A stretch of DNA of 64,000 bases from Octopus sinensis (taxonomy: Eukaryota), in the NCBI RefSeq assembly GCF_006345805.1, contig NC_042997.1, positions 178,064,001-178,128,000 of the forward strand. The letters run 5' to 3'. Position numbers and translations under genes: made by a program. Below are positions 1 to 13,124 of this stretch, one piece after another. Within the stretch, counting starts at the first letter, position 1. Each line of letters starts with the position of its first letter. The notes below the pieces were generated by a model that was not told the origin of the DNA, ran no database searches, and worked only from the letters and a program-made list of their open reading frames with translations.

Positions 1-132
1 TGTTGATATAATTTAATTTTCTTAAGTGGGAGCCTATAATCTGTCAGGCAAAGTGAGGCAAGTAAATTTGAGCCTTGACAAGGAGGGCACCACATTTGCT
101 GATATAAGGGTTAAGCCCACGACCATCTAGAC

Positions 133-448
133 TGGTGGTTTTCAACCATTTTTCACTTCTGGACCCCTTCCTTTACTATTTTATTCTGGTGGACCTTCCT
201 AGCCATTCGATGTTTAAAGACTAGTTTTATAGATATTTCTTTCAGAATTTCTGTTTTATTATTTGCACATCTACTTATGTCAGCTGAACTATGTATAATG
301 TTAGAGAAAGAAACCTCATCATTTCATGCAATAGAAACTTTTAAATCAAAACTTAAAATACTACTGTGGGTCCTCAATTTACTATTTTGCTAGCATGCTC
401 CTCCCCAACAAAAATCTAATATGGACAACTAGGGGCTGAGAATCATAG
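133..448. mobile_element. hAT/Charlie-type MITE 1
   Basis: Degenerate TIRs (tggtggttttcaacc / ggctgagaatcatag) flanked by an exact 8-bp TSD ATCTAGAC (125-132 and 449-456), matching the Charlie nTCTAGAn target. Confidence 0.75.
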
Positions 449-456
449 ATCTAGAC

Positions 457-618
457 CCATACTCTACAACCGGTATGCTACGAGATGATGTTAGGTGTGC
501 CACAGTGTAACCTGAATATAATTTTTTCCCTATACTTTTCGTTATATTTTTAGGTGTGTTGCCGAATTTTGAAAAGAATATAAGTGTGCTGCAAGTGTAA
601 AAAGGTTGCAGAGCACTC
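457..618. mobile_element. hAT/Charlie-type MITE 2
   Basis: TIRs ccatactctacaacc / ggttgcagagcactc, flanked by ATCTAGAC and CCCTAGAC. Confidence 0.65.
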
Positions 619-626
619 CCCTAGAC

Positions 627-752
627 CAATCATGGGCAAACTGTGACCCAAAGGACTTTTTTGAATGACATGACTATCAAAAAGCTATCTTGAATCTTTT
701 TAGTAGCACATTCTGCCTGACAATGAGCCATGTCACATACAGCCCATCACTG
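627..752. mobile_element. hAT/Charlie-type MITE 3
   Basis: TIRs caatcatgggc / gcccatcactg (9/11 match), flanked by CCCTAGAC and ACCTAGTT. Confidence 0.55.
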
Positions 753-805
753 ACCTAGTTAGTAGCCAGGCAATGAAAAAGTACCCTTCCTAAACACTTA
801 TGTGT

Positions 806-1274
806 GAAGGTGTGTGGCTTAGTAGTTAGGGTATTTGGCGCACGATTGTAAGGTCATGAGTTCAATTCTCAGCAACACATTGTGTCCTTGAGCAAGACAC
901 TTTATTCCACATTGCTCCAATCCACTCAGCTGACAAAAATGAGTAGTACCTGTATTTCAAAGGGCCAGCTTTGTCACACTCTGTGCCATGCTGAATCTCC
1001 CTGAGAACTATATTAACCCTTTCGTTACTGTATTTAATCTGAGATGCTCTGTGTTTCTTTCAATTGCTTTAAATATAACAAAGAATTTAGTAAAATAACT
1101 TAGTTATCAGTCAGCTAGTGTTAGGAACATAAATTGTGATTAAAGTCTGAAAGGGTTAAAGATACCTATATCTGTGGAGTGTTTAATCACTTGCACGTTA
1201 ATTTAACGAGCAGGCTGTTCCATTGATTGGATCAAACTGGAGCCTTTGTTGTCATAACTGACAGAATGCCAGTT
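806..1274 (+). mobile_element. tRNA-derived SINE (family D, tRNA-Arg-like head), interrupted by a piggyBac-type MITE
   Basis: Head gaaggtgtgtggcttagtagttagg...gagttcaattc with A/B-box remnants; body homologous to 43295-43680. Confidence 0.7.
1017..1155. mobile_element. piggyBac-type MITE (family P1, internally deleted)
   Basis: TTAA|CCCTTTCG...AAAGGG|TTAA; homologous to 9381-9602. Confidence 0.8.
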
Positions 1275-3172
1275 AAACATTCATGAAGAACAGTAGTTCT
1301 AGCTTAGTACTCCCTTTTTAGCAGAATGGCATTTCATAAACACTCACAACTCATATATTTCAAATAACAAAAAGAGAAATAAGGAAGGGATAGACTATTT
1401 TAATCAAATGGAAGCTAATTTGTGTGTTGATTTATTATCCACATTTTCCTAAATCATCCCAGCCACCATGTGCCTTTTTCTAGATACTCACAAGGAATAG
1501 TGTGCCTCTATGCTAAATTTCTATAGAAATCACTAAAGGTGAGGACTTATAAAATGGAGTTAAATTTATATTTATATTTTTCATGCATGTAAATAAAAAA
1601 CAAATGGAACAAAAGATGACATTACAATTTCAAGTGTAAATAAAATATTAGCATTATTAGTGGTATTAAGGAATCAAACATGTATCTTAGTATTTGGCTA
1701 AGTTCAAGACAAATGAAAAAAATATAATAATAATTTATGATATACAACAAATTATTTTCCAAACACAATGTTTAATAACTGAAAAATAATTAATGTCAAC
1801 CTTGTACTTGAAACAGTCATGTTTCTGCACTGTTGCCAATCACTAATTTTTTAAAAAATATGTTAAATATAAGTGACAAAGGACTGAGATATCTGATACC
1901 TTGCTGTGCTTGAGAAGATATATCCACTACAACAGGCTTGATATCTTAGAACTGCATTGGTAAATGCTTGTATGTGAGGAGTTTTCCCCTACCTAGCTTC
2001 CCCAATTTCTCATTCCCTAACACACATCACTTCTTTATATCTGGTATTATTCGGCAACCATAATCACCTGAGAGTAGAATAGGCCACATCTCCCTTTTGT
2101 TACTGTCTTCTTCCATTCCCCACCCCAAAACCACTTCCATTCCTCATTATCTTCTTCCAGCCATGCCCTTTCCTCTCTGCTACACTCCATCTTTAGAGCC
2201 ACTTCCATTCCTTGTTACCTTTTTTCATCCATGCTCTCTCCTTTCTGTTATGATCCATCCATGTTTACACCTTTTTCCTTCCCTATCTCTCCCAATACCC
2301 TAACATTTAACATAACCCCTCCCCTTGAGCCACTCCTATATCTCTCACCATCAATTACAAGTCAAGTCTGTCCCATCTTACTATCTCTCCTCACATTCTT
2401 ATAAAACTTTCTCTTCTGTCACCCCTGCTCACCCATCCAATACAATCCTCAGCATCACTTCAACTATATTCACCCCACCCCCCACTGTACCTTGAGGGGA
2501 TGCCCTGACACATTCACCACCATCTCTTTCCCTCTCAATCTTCTCTCCAAGTTCCTCTTTCTCTCCCTTCTTCTCCAACAGGGATATCCTTGTATCTCTT
2601 CTACAAGACACCTGTCTCTATCCCTCTATTATTCTTTTAACCTCTAAACTGGCACAGAGCCACTTCTCTCAATACTAGTCTCCTAGCTGAAGGGACTTCA
2701 TTTTGTCTTCACAAATTACTTGGGTGACCCTGCTGGTGCTAGTCCCTGCCATGGAAAATACACCCAGTACACTCTGTAAAGTGATTGTCATTAGGATGGC
2801 CACGCAGCCATAGAAACCATACCGAAACAGACAATAGAGCTTGACATAACCCTCTGGCTTGCTTGCCCTTGTCACACCATCCAAGCTATGCCAGCATGGA
2901 AAACAGACGTTAAATGGTTTAAATATATCATTTCTACTCCACTCCCCTACTAAATACCCAGTGACTTCCATGTACATCAAGCCACTTTAAAGAGTGTTAT
3001 TGCTCAGATTAAAAACCACTGATGTAGATGGTACACTTTTATATAACTTGCCACACAAAAATATACTGATGTTAAACTGCATTATTTCATGTGGGTTAGC
3101 AAGTTTATATTAGTCAAATATATTTGATTTTCATGTGAAGTAATTCTTGTTGGGCTGATCATTAAGCATATT

Positions 3173-3400
3173 GGTGACACAGAGCTCCTGCTGTTCAGCA
3201 GGAGGTCTCCTTAGGAGTTCTTTTTGCCCTTGCCAAACTCACCGATGGTGCCTACATAGTTCTCACTGTCTGCTCCCACCCTGGCATTGAAGTTTGGTCT
3301 CAAGATCAACACTTCAAAAACTGAGCTGCTTTACCAAGATGTCCAAGTAGATCAAGTGAGCCCAAGCAAGTGACAGTACACAGAGAGCCCTTAAAGTGCA
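3173..3400 (-). mobile_element. RTE-type LINE, AP-endonuclease fragment (decayed)
   Basis: Minus frame reads LILRPNFNARVGADSENYVGTIGEFGKGKKNS*GDLL...QQELCVT, matching the RTE GDFNARVG...GKMN...ELCVTN motifs. Confidence 0.7.
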
Positions 3401-3835
3401 CCACAGCTTTTATTACTGGAGAGATGTTGATTTATCTTATCTGGATAGAAGTGTTCTCTTTGCAATTGTTGAACACCAAATCACCCTGACCAAGCAAAGA
3501 ATTCAAAGGAATTCCAGTCTTGATCCAAGGCCATCCTGCTTTATTTTCAAACATTATGTATCAAGAACTATATTGCCTCATATAACCTTTCTTCATCATC
3601 ACTATCATCGTTTAACGTCTGCTTTCCATGCTAGCATGGGGTGGACGATTTGACTGAGGCCTGGCGGACCAGATGGCTGCACCAGGTACCAATCTGATCT
3701 GGCAGTTTCTACAGCTGGATGCCCTTCCTAATGCCAACCACTCCGAGAGTGTAGTGGGTGCTTTTACGTGCCACCGGCATGAGGGCCAGTCAGGTGGTAC
3801 TGGCAACGGCCACGCTCAAATGGTGTTTTTAAAAA

Positions 3836-4070
3836 CCCTTTGACAATTAGATTATTCTGTCAAATGTAAAGTTTATTTATTTGCATTGTTTTGAATTAAT
3901 CATGAATTATCTTGTAGTTTTGAGATTTTGATGATGTGATTATTTATGCTTAGGTATTTATGTAGGGTGGGAGTTAAGAGGCCAGGTCTGGCTGATGTGA
4001 AGAAAAAAAACAAGTAAAATACTGGGGCTTAATATGACAGCTTTAAATGCTACAGGGCTAATGCTATTTC
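3836..4070. mobile_element. piggyBac-type MITE (family P2)
   Basis: ccctttgacaattagattattctgtcaaatgt ... ttaaatgctacagggctaa. Same family at about 5876-6000, 10880-10947, 24435-24920, 36725-36903, 49594-49985 and 56540-58887. Confidence 0.7.
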
Positions 4071-6011
4071 TACCAGGTCAAGCAACTGATAGAGGCTCCC
4101 TTCTTAGCTCTAAATAATTTCTTACATACATACAAGGCCAGAAATTTGTTAGGAGAGGGAACACTTGATTATATTGACTCCAATACTTAACTGGTGCTTT
4201 ACTTTATCAAATCTGGAAGGATAGAAGGCAAAGTTAACCATGGTAAGATTTGAACTCAGGAAGTAAAGAACCACAACTATGTATTTAAAAGCATTTGGCC
4301 TGACATTTCAGCAATTCTCATAGAGTTAATAATACTGGTGATAGATTAAGGTCGCACAATTCCAGATGTGGTGAGAATGTATTCAATGTAAAGAGGTCAT
4401 TAATTTAAAGACCAACCACTTTCCTGACCTAAATCTATAAAAAGGTTAATTCAACACAGATAACTAGCTATTTCACTTCTGTAAGTGTGATGAAATTTGT
4501 TTTATTAAGTGTCATCAAAGATAGTTTGGGACTTAGCACATGACATGACAGCATGACACTATTATTATTTTTACTGGAAGAGTAGCAATTTGGTAGAAAT
4601 GGTAAAACAGCCTCATGATAGTTGCCTATTTGCCTCTTTGCAGGATCAATAAAGTATATATAAAAATCAGTAATATAATCAAGAAGTTGATTGAACTGAC
4701 ATACCGCTCTTCCATTATAAAAATTAAATTGTTCTAGGATCAAAAAACGAAATTCCTGTTGCCCAGTGCCATTGTTATTATTATACAAAGGTGGCATGCT
4801 GGCAGAATTGTTAGCATGCCATGAAGGCGGCGAGCTGGCAGAAATGTTAGCAGGCCGGGTGAAATGTTTAGCGGTATTTCGCCTGCCGTTACATTCTGAG
4901 TTCAAATTCCGCCGAGGTCGACTTTGCCTTTCATCCTTTCGGTGTCGATAAATTAAGTATCAGTTACGCACTGGGGTTGATGTAATCGACTTAATCCTTC
5001 TGTCTGTCCTTGTTTGTCCCCTCTATGTTTAGCCCCTTGTGGGCAATAAAGAAATAAGAAATGTTAGCATGCCATACAAAACTCTGTTACGCATTTGTTC
5101 TGAGTTCAAGTTTTGCAAAGGTCAACCTTGTCTTATGTCCTTTCAGGGTCAGTGAAATAAGTACCAGTCAAGTGCTGGGATTGATGTAATCACCTTCCCC
5201 CTCCCACTAAATGGTTCGGTGCCAAAATTTAAAATCATCAACATTATTATTGTTGTTGTTGTTGTTAAGGTGGTGAACTGGCAGAATCATTAACACTCAG
5301 GGCAAAATGTTTAGCGACATTTTGTCCATCCTTACTTTCTGAGTTCAAATTCCGCAGAGGTTGACTTTACCTTTCATCCTTTCAGAGTCGATAAATTAAG
5401 TACCACTTACGCACTGGGGTCAATGTAATCGACCATACCCCTCCCCACAAATTCCAGGCCTTGTGCCTATAGTAGAAAGGATTATTATTATTATCATAGG
5501 AAATGGCTGAGATAGAGTGCTGTAGTTCTGTGTGCCTGGAATCCAAATTCAAATCTGACAGAGAATGGTGCTGCACTTCATCACTCTACAATTCATCATC
5601 ATCATCATCGTTTAACGTCCACTTTCCATGCTAGCATGGGTTGGACGGTTCGACCGGGGTCTGGGAAGCCATGGAGGCTGCACCAGGCTCCAGTCTGATG
5701 TGGCAGTGTTTCTACAGCTGGATGCTCTTCCTAACGTCAACCACTCTGTAAGTGTAGTGGGTGCTTTTTACGTGCCACCAGCACAGATGCCAGGGGAGGC
5801 TGGCAACAGCCACGATCGGTTGGTGCTTTTTACGTGCCACCAACCAAGCCATTTAACTATGGTGTACGATAATTTTAACTCTTTAACATTTAAACCAGCC
5901 ATATCTGGCTTAAATATTCTACTTGTTTTACTTTCAAATCAGCTAGATCCAGCCTTTCACACCTACCTTATAATGTCACTCTAAAAATATACCATCACAA
6001 TAGCAGAACGC

Positions 6012-6331
6012 AACCCCCTTGATTATCACGTGTGGGGTGCAGTTGAGCGAGAGACCAAGAAATCTCTTTGTAACACTAAAGATGAACTGACGGCAAGGAT
6101 TATGGCAGTATTCACCAACTTAAACAAGGAGACCGTCCAGAAGACTTGCAGGAGATTCCGAAGTCGTCTGGAGGCTGTGGTTGAAGCCAATTGCGATTTT
6201 ATTGAATAAATTTACTGTTTATTTCAAGATATTTTTATGTAATTTTGGTAAATATATCTGTTAAAATGAAATGTGAGCGTTATTTTCATTTTTGCATAAT
6301 TTAGCCAACAATTTACTCACCACACACTGTA
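6012..6331 (+). mobile_element. Tc1/maT-like transposase 3' fragment with right end
   Basis: NPLDYHVWGAVERETKKSLCNTKDELTARIMAVFTNLNKETVQKTCRRFRSRLEAVVEANCDFIE* (stop 6207-6209), a typical DLNPLDYxVW region; ends ...ctgTA. Confidence 0.8.
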
Positions 6332-6699
6332 TATACATACACACACATAAAGATATATATGTATGTATGCATGCATGCATATATATATATAGCTGGTGCC
6401 ATGTAAAAAGTCCATGTGCTGGTGCCACATAAAAAGCTCCTATGCTGGTGTCACATAAGAAGCACTCAGTACACTTTGTAAAGTGGAAGGCAGTAGGAAG
6501 GGTACCCAACCATAGAAACCATGCCAAAATAGACAATTGGAGCTTGATGCAGTTCTGCAGCTTGACAGTTCCTATCAAACTGTTCAACCTATGCCAGCAT
6601 GGAAAACAGACATTAAATGATGATATACACGATTAGTATAAGATATATAAAAGAACCATGTGGCTATCACAGTAAGCTCCTCATACGGACTCAGCTATC

Positions 6700-7900
6700 A
6701 GTTCACATAGTGATCAATGATAAACTAGTGTAATGTAAAGCATCCAAGGGTTTTGCCTGGGGGAAACAAAGACCTAGATGGTTTCTTTGATATGGTATGC
6801 AATATCACAGATATCTGTGATCTCATAGGCCCCTTTATATTAGATACCCTAGATAGGAATTTCCATCAACTTACTTTGGCCTATATAGAGATACTGCTTT
6901 ACCTATCTCTAGAGGTGTGAAATAGCACACCTTGACAAGTTCAGAAAAACCTGATCTACATCCTCATTTCCTTCAGGTTCAAGGTTACTATAGAGATCCA
7001 ACCCAGTTGCTGTTAATTTTATAGATATAGCACTCAATATAGGCACAGGTTCATACAGGCCCTATTGCAAACCAAACAAGAGGCTGCTGTGCATCAACAC
7101 AGCTCTCTGCTACCCACCGTTACTGTTTAAAAACATTATAAAAGGCATCAGTAGGAATATCTCAAACCTCTCTTCTGATAAAAATGTTTGTGATGCAGCA
7201 GCCCCCTACTATAATAAGGCTTTGGCAGCCAGCAGGTTTCAAGACTGCATTACTTACATGCCTGGCCCTAGCACCCACAAAAAAATGCTATTGCAAAGTC
7301 ATCTGGCTTGCCCTCCACTTCATCTCACTTAAGGTGAAAATCTATATGAGTAGGGCTTTCCTTAGATTAGTGGATAAAACATTTTATGTAGGGTCATAGA
7401 TATATAGGAATATATCAATTAGATGTAATTTAAAGGACTCATTCAGGTCCTATTATCTAAATATCTAAAATAATATTAGTATTCTTAAACCATGGACAGA
7501 GACAGGAAGCTCATTTAAGGTTTACAAGAGTACCCAGTGAATGGCCAATAGAACACAGAAGCCATGGTTACAAAACAAGTAGTACCAATCAATGCCAACA
7601 AGCTGACACATAGAGAAATATGCTGGGTCATTGAAGATTCAGGTTGAATAATCACAGATCCTCTTTTAGAGTCCAGGAATGGTGTAGTGTTACAACTTTA
7701 ACCAGCTGTATATGGCAATTAAAAGGGGAAAGCAACATTATATAATATCAGCTGGAAGTTAGTGGAATATTTTCAGCTGTATATAATGAGAAGCTACAGA
7801 CTGCATGGTAGAGAGGAGAATCATTCAAAAAAGCTCACATGCTCTGGACAATTTCTTGAACATTGAAACTGAAATTTTTGGCTGCTACCTTCATGGGAAT
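6700..7900 (+). mobile_element. Penelope-like element, RT/thumb/linker fragment (frameshifted)
   Basis: DICDLIGPFILDTL, GLYRD(D) at 6878-6892, RPYCKPNKRLLCIN...FKNIIKGISRNISNLSSDKNV.DAAAPYYNKAL, VIWL...RAFLRLVDK: hallmark PLE blocks. Confidence 0.75.
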
Positions 7901-8223
7901 AAATTCATTTTAGCAACATAACCATAGCTGTTTCTGAACTAGGAATTATATATATATATATATACATGCATACAGTAATGCCTTGATATACGAGTTAATT
8001 TGTTCCTGGAGACTGCTTGAAAAGCGAAAACTCATAAAGCAGAGCAATAATTTTCCAGAGTAGAAATGAAAAGTTTATGCCGTCATTTTATTCCATTGCT
8101 GTGTAGATACGTCCGAACCAGTGTTGTCACATGTGACATTGCCACAGACAAAATGGCTGTTTAATCTTTTATATTTGTTATAAAATAAAACTTGTAAACC
8201 CGGGATCTCGTAAAGTGAGGTAT

Positions 8224-8263
<40 letters not shown>

Positions 8264-8311
8264 CACACACACACAGTTTACACACTTCACCCATTGGGAA
8301 TATTTCTATTT

Positions 8312-8485
8312 TTCTCCAGGGCCTTAAAGTTAACTTAGCTAAGGCTAAAGTTCTTATTAGCAAGAAAGGAGAGAAGACTCATTCCGGCTGGCAAATGGCC
8401 CTGTTCAATATGTAAGAAAGGAGTGGGATATAATTCCATTTGCTGCACCAAATGTAAACTACGGACACATAAGAGATGCAATGGC
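8312..8485 (+). mobile_element. RTE LINE fragment with Cys-rich (PHD-like) segment
   Basis: QGLKVNLAKAKVLISKK, then after a frameshift KWPCSICKKGVGYNSICCTKCKLRTHKRC. Confidence 0.7.
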
Positions 8486-9380
8486 TAGATGTTCAGCAAT
8501 GAAAGGAAGTTCACTGGTATTTTGTTTTCTGCAAATCTAAGAGTCTCCAAAATTGAATGGAACTTTAAGCATGTATATGTGTATACACACACCTTACAAC
8601 CATTCATTTTAGGTTTTACCAGCTATTACACAACCAATAAAATATGTGAGGCAATTTCGTATTTATATACTGGATAAACAAGAAAAAGCTGTTGAATTGT
8701 ATAAAGCTATCAGTTTACTTGTCTTTTCGAAAATATGAATTTTTTTGTTCGTGTTAACTAAGGAAATTTTATTCTTTTTCTTATATAACACAGGTAACTG
8801 TGTTATGTGACTATTTTTAATTATCTAACAATCCTCAGGTGTTATGCAATTTGAAAATATTTTAGTAACTATTTTGATTTTCAACAACAAAAAGATATCA
8901 GTTCTGAACATTTGTTCAGGTATAACCTTTGTGTAACAAACAGAATTTTAATTATCTGAGAGGATAATGTCACAGCCGTTGTTAGTGTGTTTATAAGGAT
9001 TGGTATGTTGAAATATATCCCATGCAATTTTTCTAAATATTTCTCAAAACAAAAAAAATAAAATCAATATATTTTAAAGCTCACGTGAATTTTGATAAAC
9101 TTATGCACAAAAACCTTTCTACAAATACTGACTAAACTGTCCTTTAAATTTATTTTCAGTTAATACAATGTTATCAGTGAAAACTGAATCAGCAACTGTA
9201 CATACTTCTTGCACAACAAACTATTGATTTCAAACTGCATGAATTAGTTAACGGAGAATTCACAAAGTTAAGATAAAGACACAAGCTGGAAGTATTATAT
9301 ATAGAAGGTTGTTTAACATTTTCATTATTTATGTTCACTATTTCTATTGCAAAACTGTGTACAGCTGAAGCTAAATTTAA

Positions 9381-9602
9381 CCCTTTCGTTACCGTATTTA
9401 TTTTGAGATGCTCTGTGTTTCATTCAATTTATTTTAAATATAACCAAGAATTTAGTAAAAGAACTTAGTTATCATTAAGCTAGTATTGGGAACATAAATT
9501 GTGACTAAGGTTTGGTGGAAGATTTTAATTCAATACTTATGAAAACAAGACATTTGTACTACAGAGCCAGAGGCGGTTTTGGCAGGGTTGGTATCAAAAG
9601 GG
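9381..9602. mobile_element. piggyBac-type MITE (family P1, full 222 bp)
   Basis: TTAA TSD on both sides; TIR ccctttcgttacc / ggtatcaaaaggg. Other copies: 48241-49100 (reverse, split by SINEs) and about 54028-54105 (truncated). Confidence 0.85.
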
Positions 9603-10449
9603 TTAATGTTGTTTCTATTAGAAATTTTAAAATACTGACAATTCTTCAAAAGTGGTCAAGTAAGTATTTATACTAAGATTGTCCAAACTAAATGATTTTA
9701 AAATTTTCTTATACAACTTATTCTATCTTTACGCTATTTCATTTTAATGGTTCATTATTAGAGTCTACATTGTAGAAAGAAAATTTTCAAGGTGAAATAC
9801 CAGCTAACCATACACTAATATTTTTTACAAACTTGCTAATCATAGAGGCAGGTGATTTGCATAGGTCAGACAGAATAACCGAGGCAGATTTTCAACAGCT
9901 AAATGCCCTTCCTGTTAATAACCCACACCTTTTCTTCCAAACAAGGTAATATTTCTCTAAAGCCAGACATGTTCTCACAGAATATGGGAAATAAATGACA
10001 CTGTATGGCAATTGATATCAAGACAAGAAGACACACACACATACAGATAGAAAGATAAACACTGCATGGGCTCTTTAAGTTTCTATTTACAAAATCCATT
10101 TACAAATCTTTGGTTGGCTTGGGGCTATAGAAGATACTTGCCCAAGGTGCCATGCATTGGGACTGAACCCAGAATCATGTGATTGGAAAGCAAACCTTAC
10201 CATATAGCCATGTCTGCCCATATCATCATCATTGTTTAACGTCCGTTTTCCATGCTAGAATGGGTTGGACAGTTCGACCAGGGTCTGGGAAGCCAGGAGG
10301 CTGCACCAGGCTCCAGTCTGATCTGGCAGTGTTTCTACAGCTGGATGCCCTTCCTAACGCCAACCACTCCATGAGTATAGTTGGTGCTTTTTACGTGTCA
10401 CTGGCATAGACGCCAGTCAATACATATATATATGTGAATGAGCATGTGC

Positions 10450-10800
10450 ACACAGAGTCCATGAACATCAATAGAAGTACTAGACCCAGGACTTCACAGT
10501 ATCCATCAGGGCTACTCAATATAATACAGACAACCTTAGAATCAAAGAGGCCATCTTCATAAACAAGCTGAACACAGATCTTAACAACGGAAAAAAGCTA
10601 CATGAAGCAGACTGATTATTATAACAAAACCAGTCAACGCATGTCACCACCCTCTCCCACATGTCAGAGCAAAGACTTAATTCATCCCTCATTATTCCAA
10701 GCGTCCTTAAGAAAGGTTATAACTCCGAAAAAGATAAAACTTCAACTGATGTTCTGTTTTCACTTTTGCACTTGACGTTGTATTTTATTTTGCATTGTTT
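10450..10800 (+). mobile_element. Penelope-like 3' end (GIY-YIG C-terminus and pLTR remnant)
   Basis: DNLRIKEAIFINKLNTDLNN resembles the PLE endonuclease tail LxIKEAxxIxxxxPxLN; followed by a hammerhead-like remnant at 10706-10730. Confidence 0.5.
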
Positions 10801-11699
10801 TGGCCTTATCAAAAAAAATTTTATCAAATGTAATATCACACAATGGTTCACCCAAGTTATTCTATGTTAATACATACACGCACACACCAAAATGATGTGA
10901 ATAAATAAGCATTACATTTGAAAATAATCTGAATGCTAAAGGGTTAAATTTGTTTGAACCATAATTTTAAAGTTTAAATCTTTAAATAATTCAATGAAAT
11001 GGTTTCTTGAGTGTTAATATATGTATATATCATCATCACTATCATTTTCATGTTTGTATGGACCATATGTGAATATGTTGGGCAGAATTTTCTACGACTG
11101 GATGCCCTTCCTGTTGCTAACCACCACCTGTTTCCAAGTGAGGTGATAACCTGCCAGTTTAGTGAGCAACAAACAGTCCATACATGCTTTTGTAGAGGAC
11201 TACAAGCAAATGACTGTTAGTAAAGCCAATGTTAACAAAGCGGCAAGCAAAACGCATATGCAGACATGAGAAATATGAAATCCTACACACATACACATAT
11301 TTACAGTCCACACTGTGAAGTGGTTGGCATTTGGAAGGGCATCCAGCTGTAAAAACTGTGCTAAAAACAGACGAAAATTTGGTGCAGTCTTCTCCCTGGC
11401 CAGCTCCTGTCAAACCACCCAACCCATGCCAGAATGGAATGTAGACATTAAACAATGATGATGATGATAGTAATAACTACACACACATACATGTGTGAGT
11501 GTGTGTATATAAAATGGACTTCAGTTCCCATCTACTATATTTATTCAGAAGACTTTGGTTGGCCTAGAGTTAAACAAGACACCTGCCTGAGGTGCCATGC
11601 AATGGGACTGAACCAGAACCATGTGTATACCCTCCCCCATACATATACATAATGATTATAGAGTGATGCTAGAGATGTAAACTCTTGCATGCATTAATT

Positions 11700-13124
11700 T
11701 CAACTCTTTCTGTTAATAACCGCATTGTTTCTTTAGAGCTAAACCGACATCTGACTGTTCAAAGAAGACTTCAAAAGTAACTAGTAGTGACTTCTCTTGA
11801 AAATGAACAAAATTTGGGATTGTGGTGTTATCAAGTAGCTGCAGAAAAAGGCTTTAGCTCCCAAGGACATTAATGTTGACATGATTACTACATTAGGGAA
11901 TGACACTCCAGCTTTATCAACTGTGCAAAAGTGAGTAGCTGGAATTTACAAGGAGAAAGGAGTCTTGAAGATGACCCAACATCTGGACATCCTGAAACTG
12001 CCACCACCAAGGAAAACGCTGATCATGTTCACCACATGATGTATAACAGGCAATTGACTATAAATTAAATAGCCAATGCTATTAGCATATCCTGCCTTAC
12101 TGGCACCTGTGCTGGTGGCATTTGTAAAAAGATTCGAGCGAGGTCGTTGCCAGTACCGCCTGACTGGCCCCTGTGCCAGTGGCACGTAAAAAGCACCCAC
12201 TACACTCTTGGAGTGGTTGGCGTTAGGAAGGGCATCCAACTGTAGAAACTCTGCCAAATCAAGATTGGAGCCTGGTGCAGCCATCTGGTTTGTCAGCCCT
12301 CAGTCAAAATCGTCCAACCCGTGCTAGCATGGAAAGCGGACGTTAAACAATGATGATGTGAGAGAGTTGAAAACATTCTGTACAATGAACTTGGCATAAT
12401 GAAGGTTTCTGCTCAGTAGGTGCCACATCTGACACCTGATCAAAAGCACACCAGGTCTGATCACATCACGGCAAACTTTGACATTGAGGTAGGTCCAGCT
12501 GGTTCCTTTGAACATTTCCTAACCCAGAATGAGCCAGAGACAAAGAAACAATCAATACAGTGGAAACTGCCCGTCTTCACCTGCTCCAAAGAAGGCCAAT
12601 GTTGTTTTATCTGCAGTGAAGGTGATAGCCTCAGTTTTTTGGAATGCAAAAGGCAATGTGTTTATTGACTATCTTCAAAAGGGGCACACCATCAATGGAG
12701 AATACTTTGCAAACTTGCTGTGGTGGTTACAAAAAGCTATTAAAACCAAACGCCCAGGAAAACTGATGACAGGAGTCTTGTTTGATCAGGACAATGCACC
12801 AGCACACAAATCCTTGGTTTCAATGGCTGCTGTGTGTGACTGTGGATTTGAACTGGTTGATCAATCTTCCTGTCTCCTGATTTGGGCTGATGATCTGACA
12901 ATCATCTGTTCCCCAATATGAAAAAACACTTGGCTTGGAACCAGTATCACAGTGATGACATCATGTCTGCTGTTGATGACTTGGACCAAGAGGAAAGCTT
13001 CTTTACCAATGGGATCTAAGCACTGCAGTACTGAAGGAGGACTATATTGGAAAATAAACCTCATTTGGTTGCATTCCAAGAGAGTCTTGGTTACCTTATC
13101 AACTTTTCAGCTGACCATTGTGTA
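11700..13124 (+). mobile_element. Mariner element, near full-length decayed transposase, split by a SINE
   Basis: ATG at 11803, HTH region EDDPTSGHPETATT...ISIS|RERVENIL, WVPHL, FLTQNE, KVIASVFWN, FDQDNAPAH; stop near 13055-13057; right TIR aacttttcagctgaccattgtgTA. SINE at 12093-12357 interrupts in ISIS|RERV. Confidence 0.92.
12093..12357 (+). mobile_element. SINE family A copy, (GAT)n tail, inserted in the mariner ORF
   Basis: ...tgctagcatggaaagcggacgttaaac(gat)n-type tail. About 20 further copies, e.g. 3590-3830, 5575-5850, 6388-6625, 10220-10420, 14545-14730, 15045-15305, 23755-24066, 27860-28140, 31215-31390, 36515-36700, 42865-43270, 48335-48735, 54105-54490, 58542-58780. Confidence 0.85.

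Noticed and set aside
806-880. SINE heads as tRNA genes (also 18006, 35186, 43680, 58541)
   Set aside because: They have A/B boxes but no complete cloverleaf and continue into SINE bodies.
2080-2640. Pyrimidine-rich ORFs (2097-2303, 2429-2611)
   Set aside because: Low-complexity CT-rich tract running into a SINE-A-type end; probably an old retroelement 3' region, with no coding signature.
4468-4905. 145-aa minus-strand ORF
   Set aside because: The N-terminal half is antisense SINE-C and an ATT repeat; only a 29-nt piece has splice support (listed as a weak candidate).
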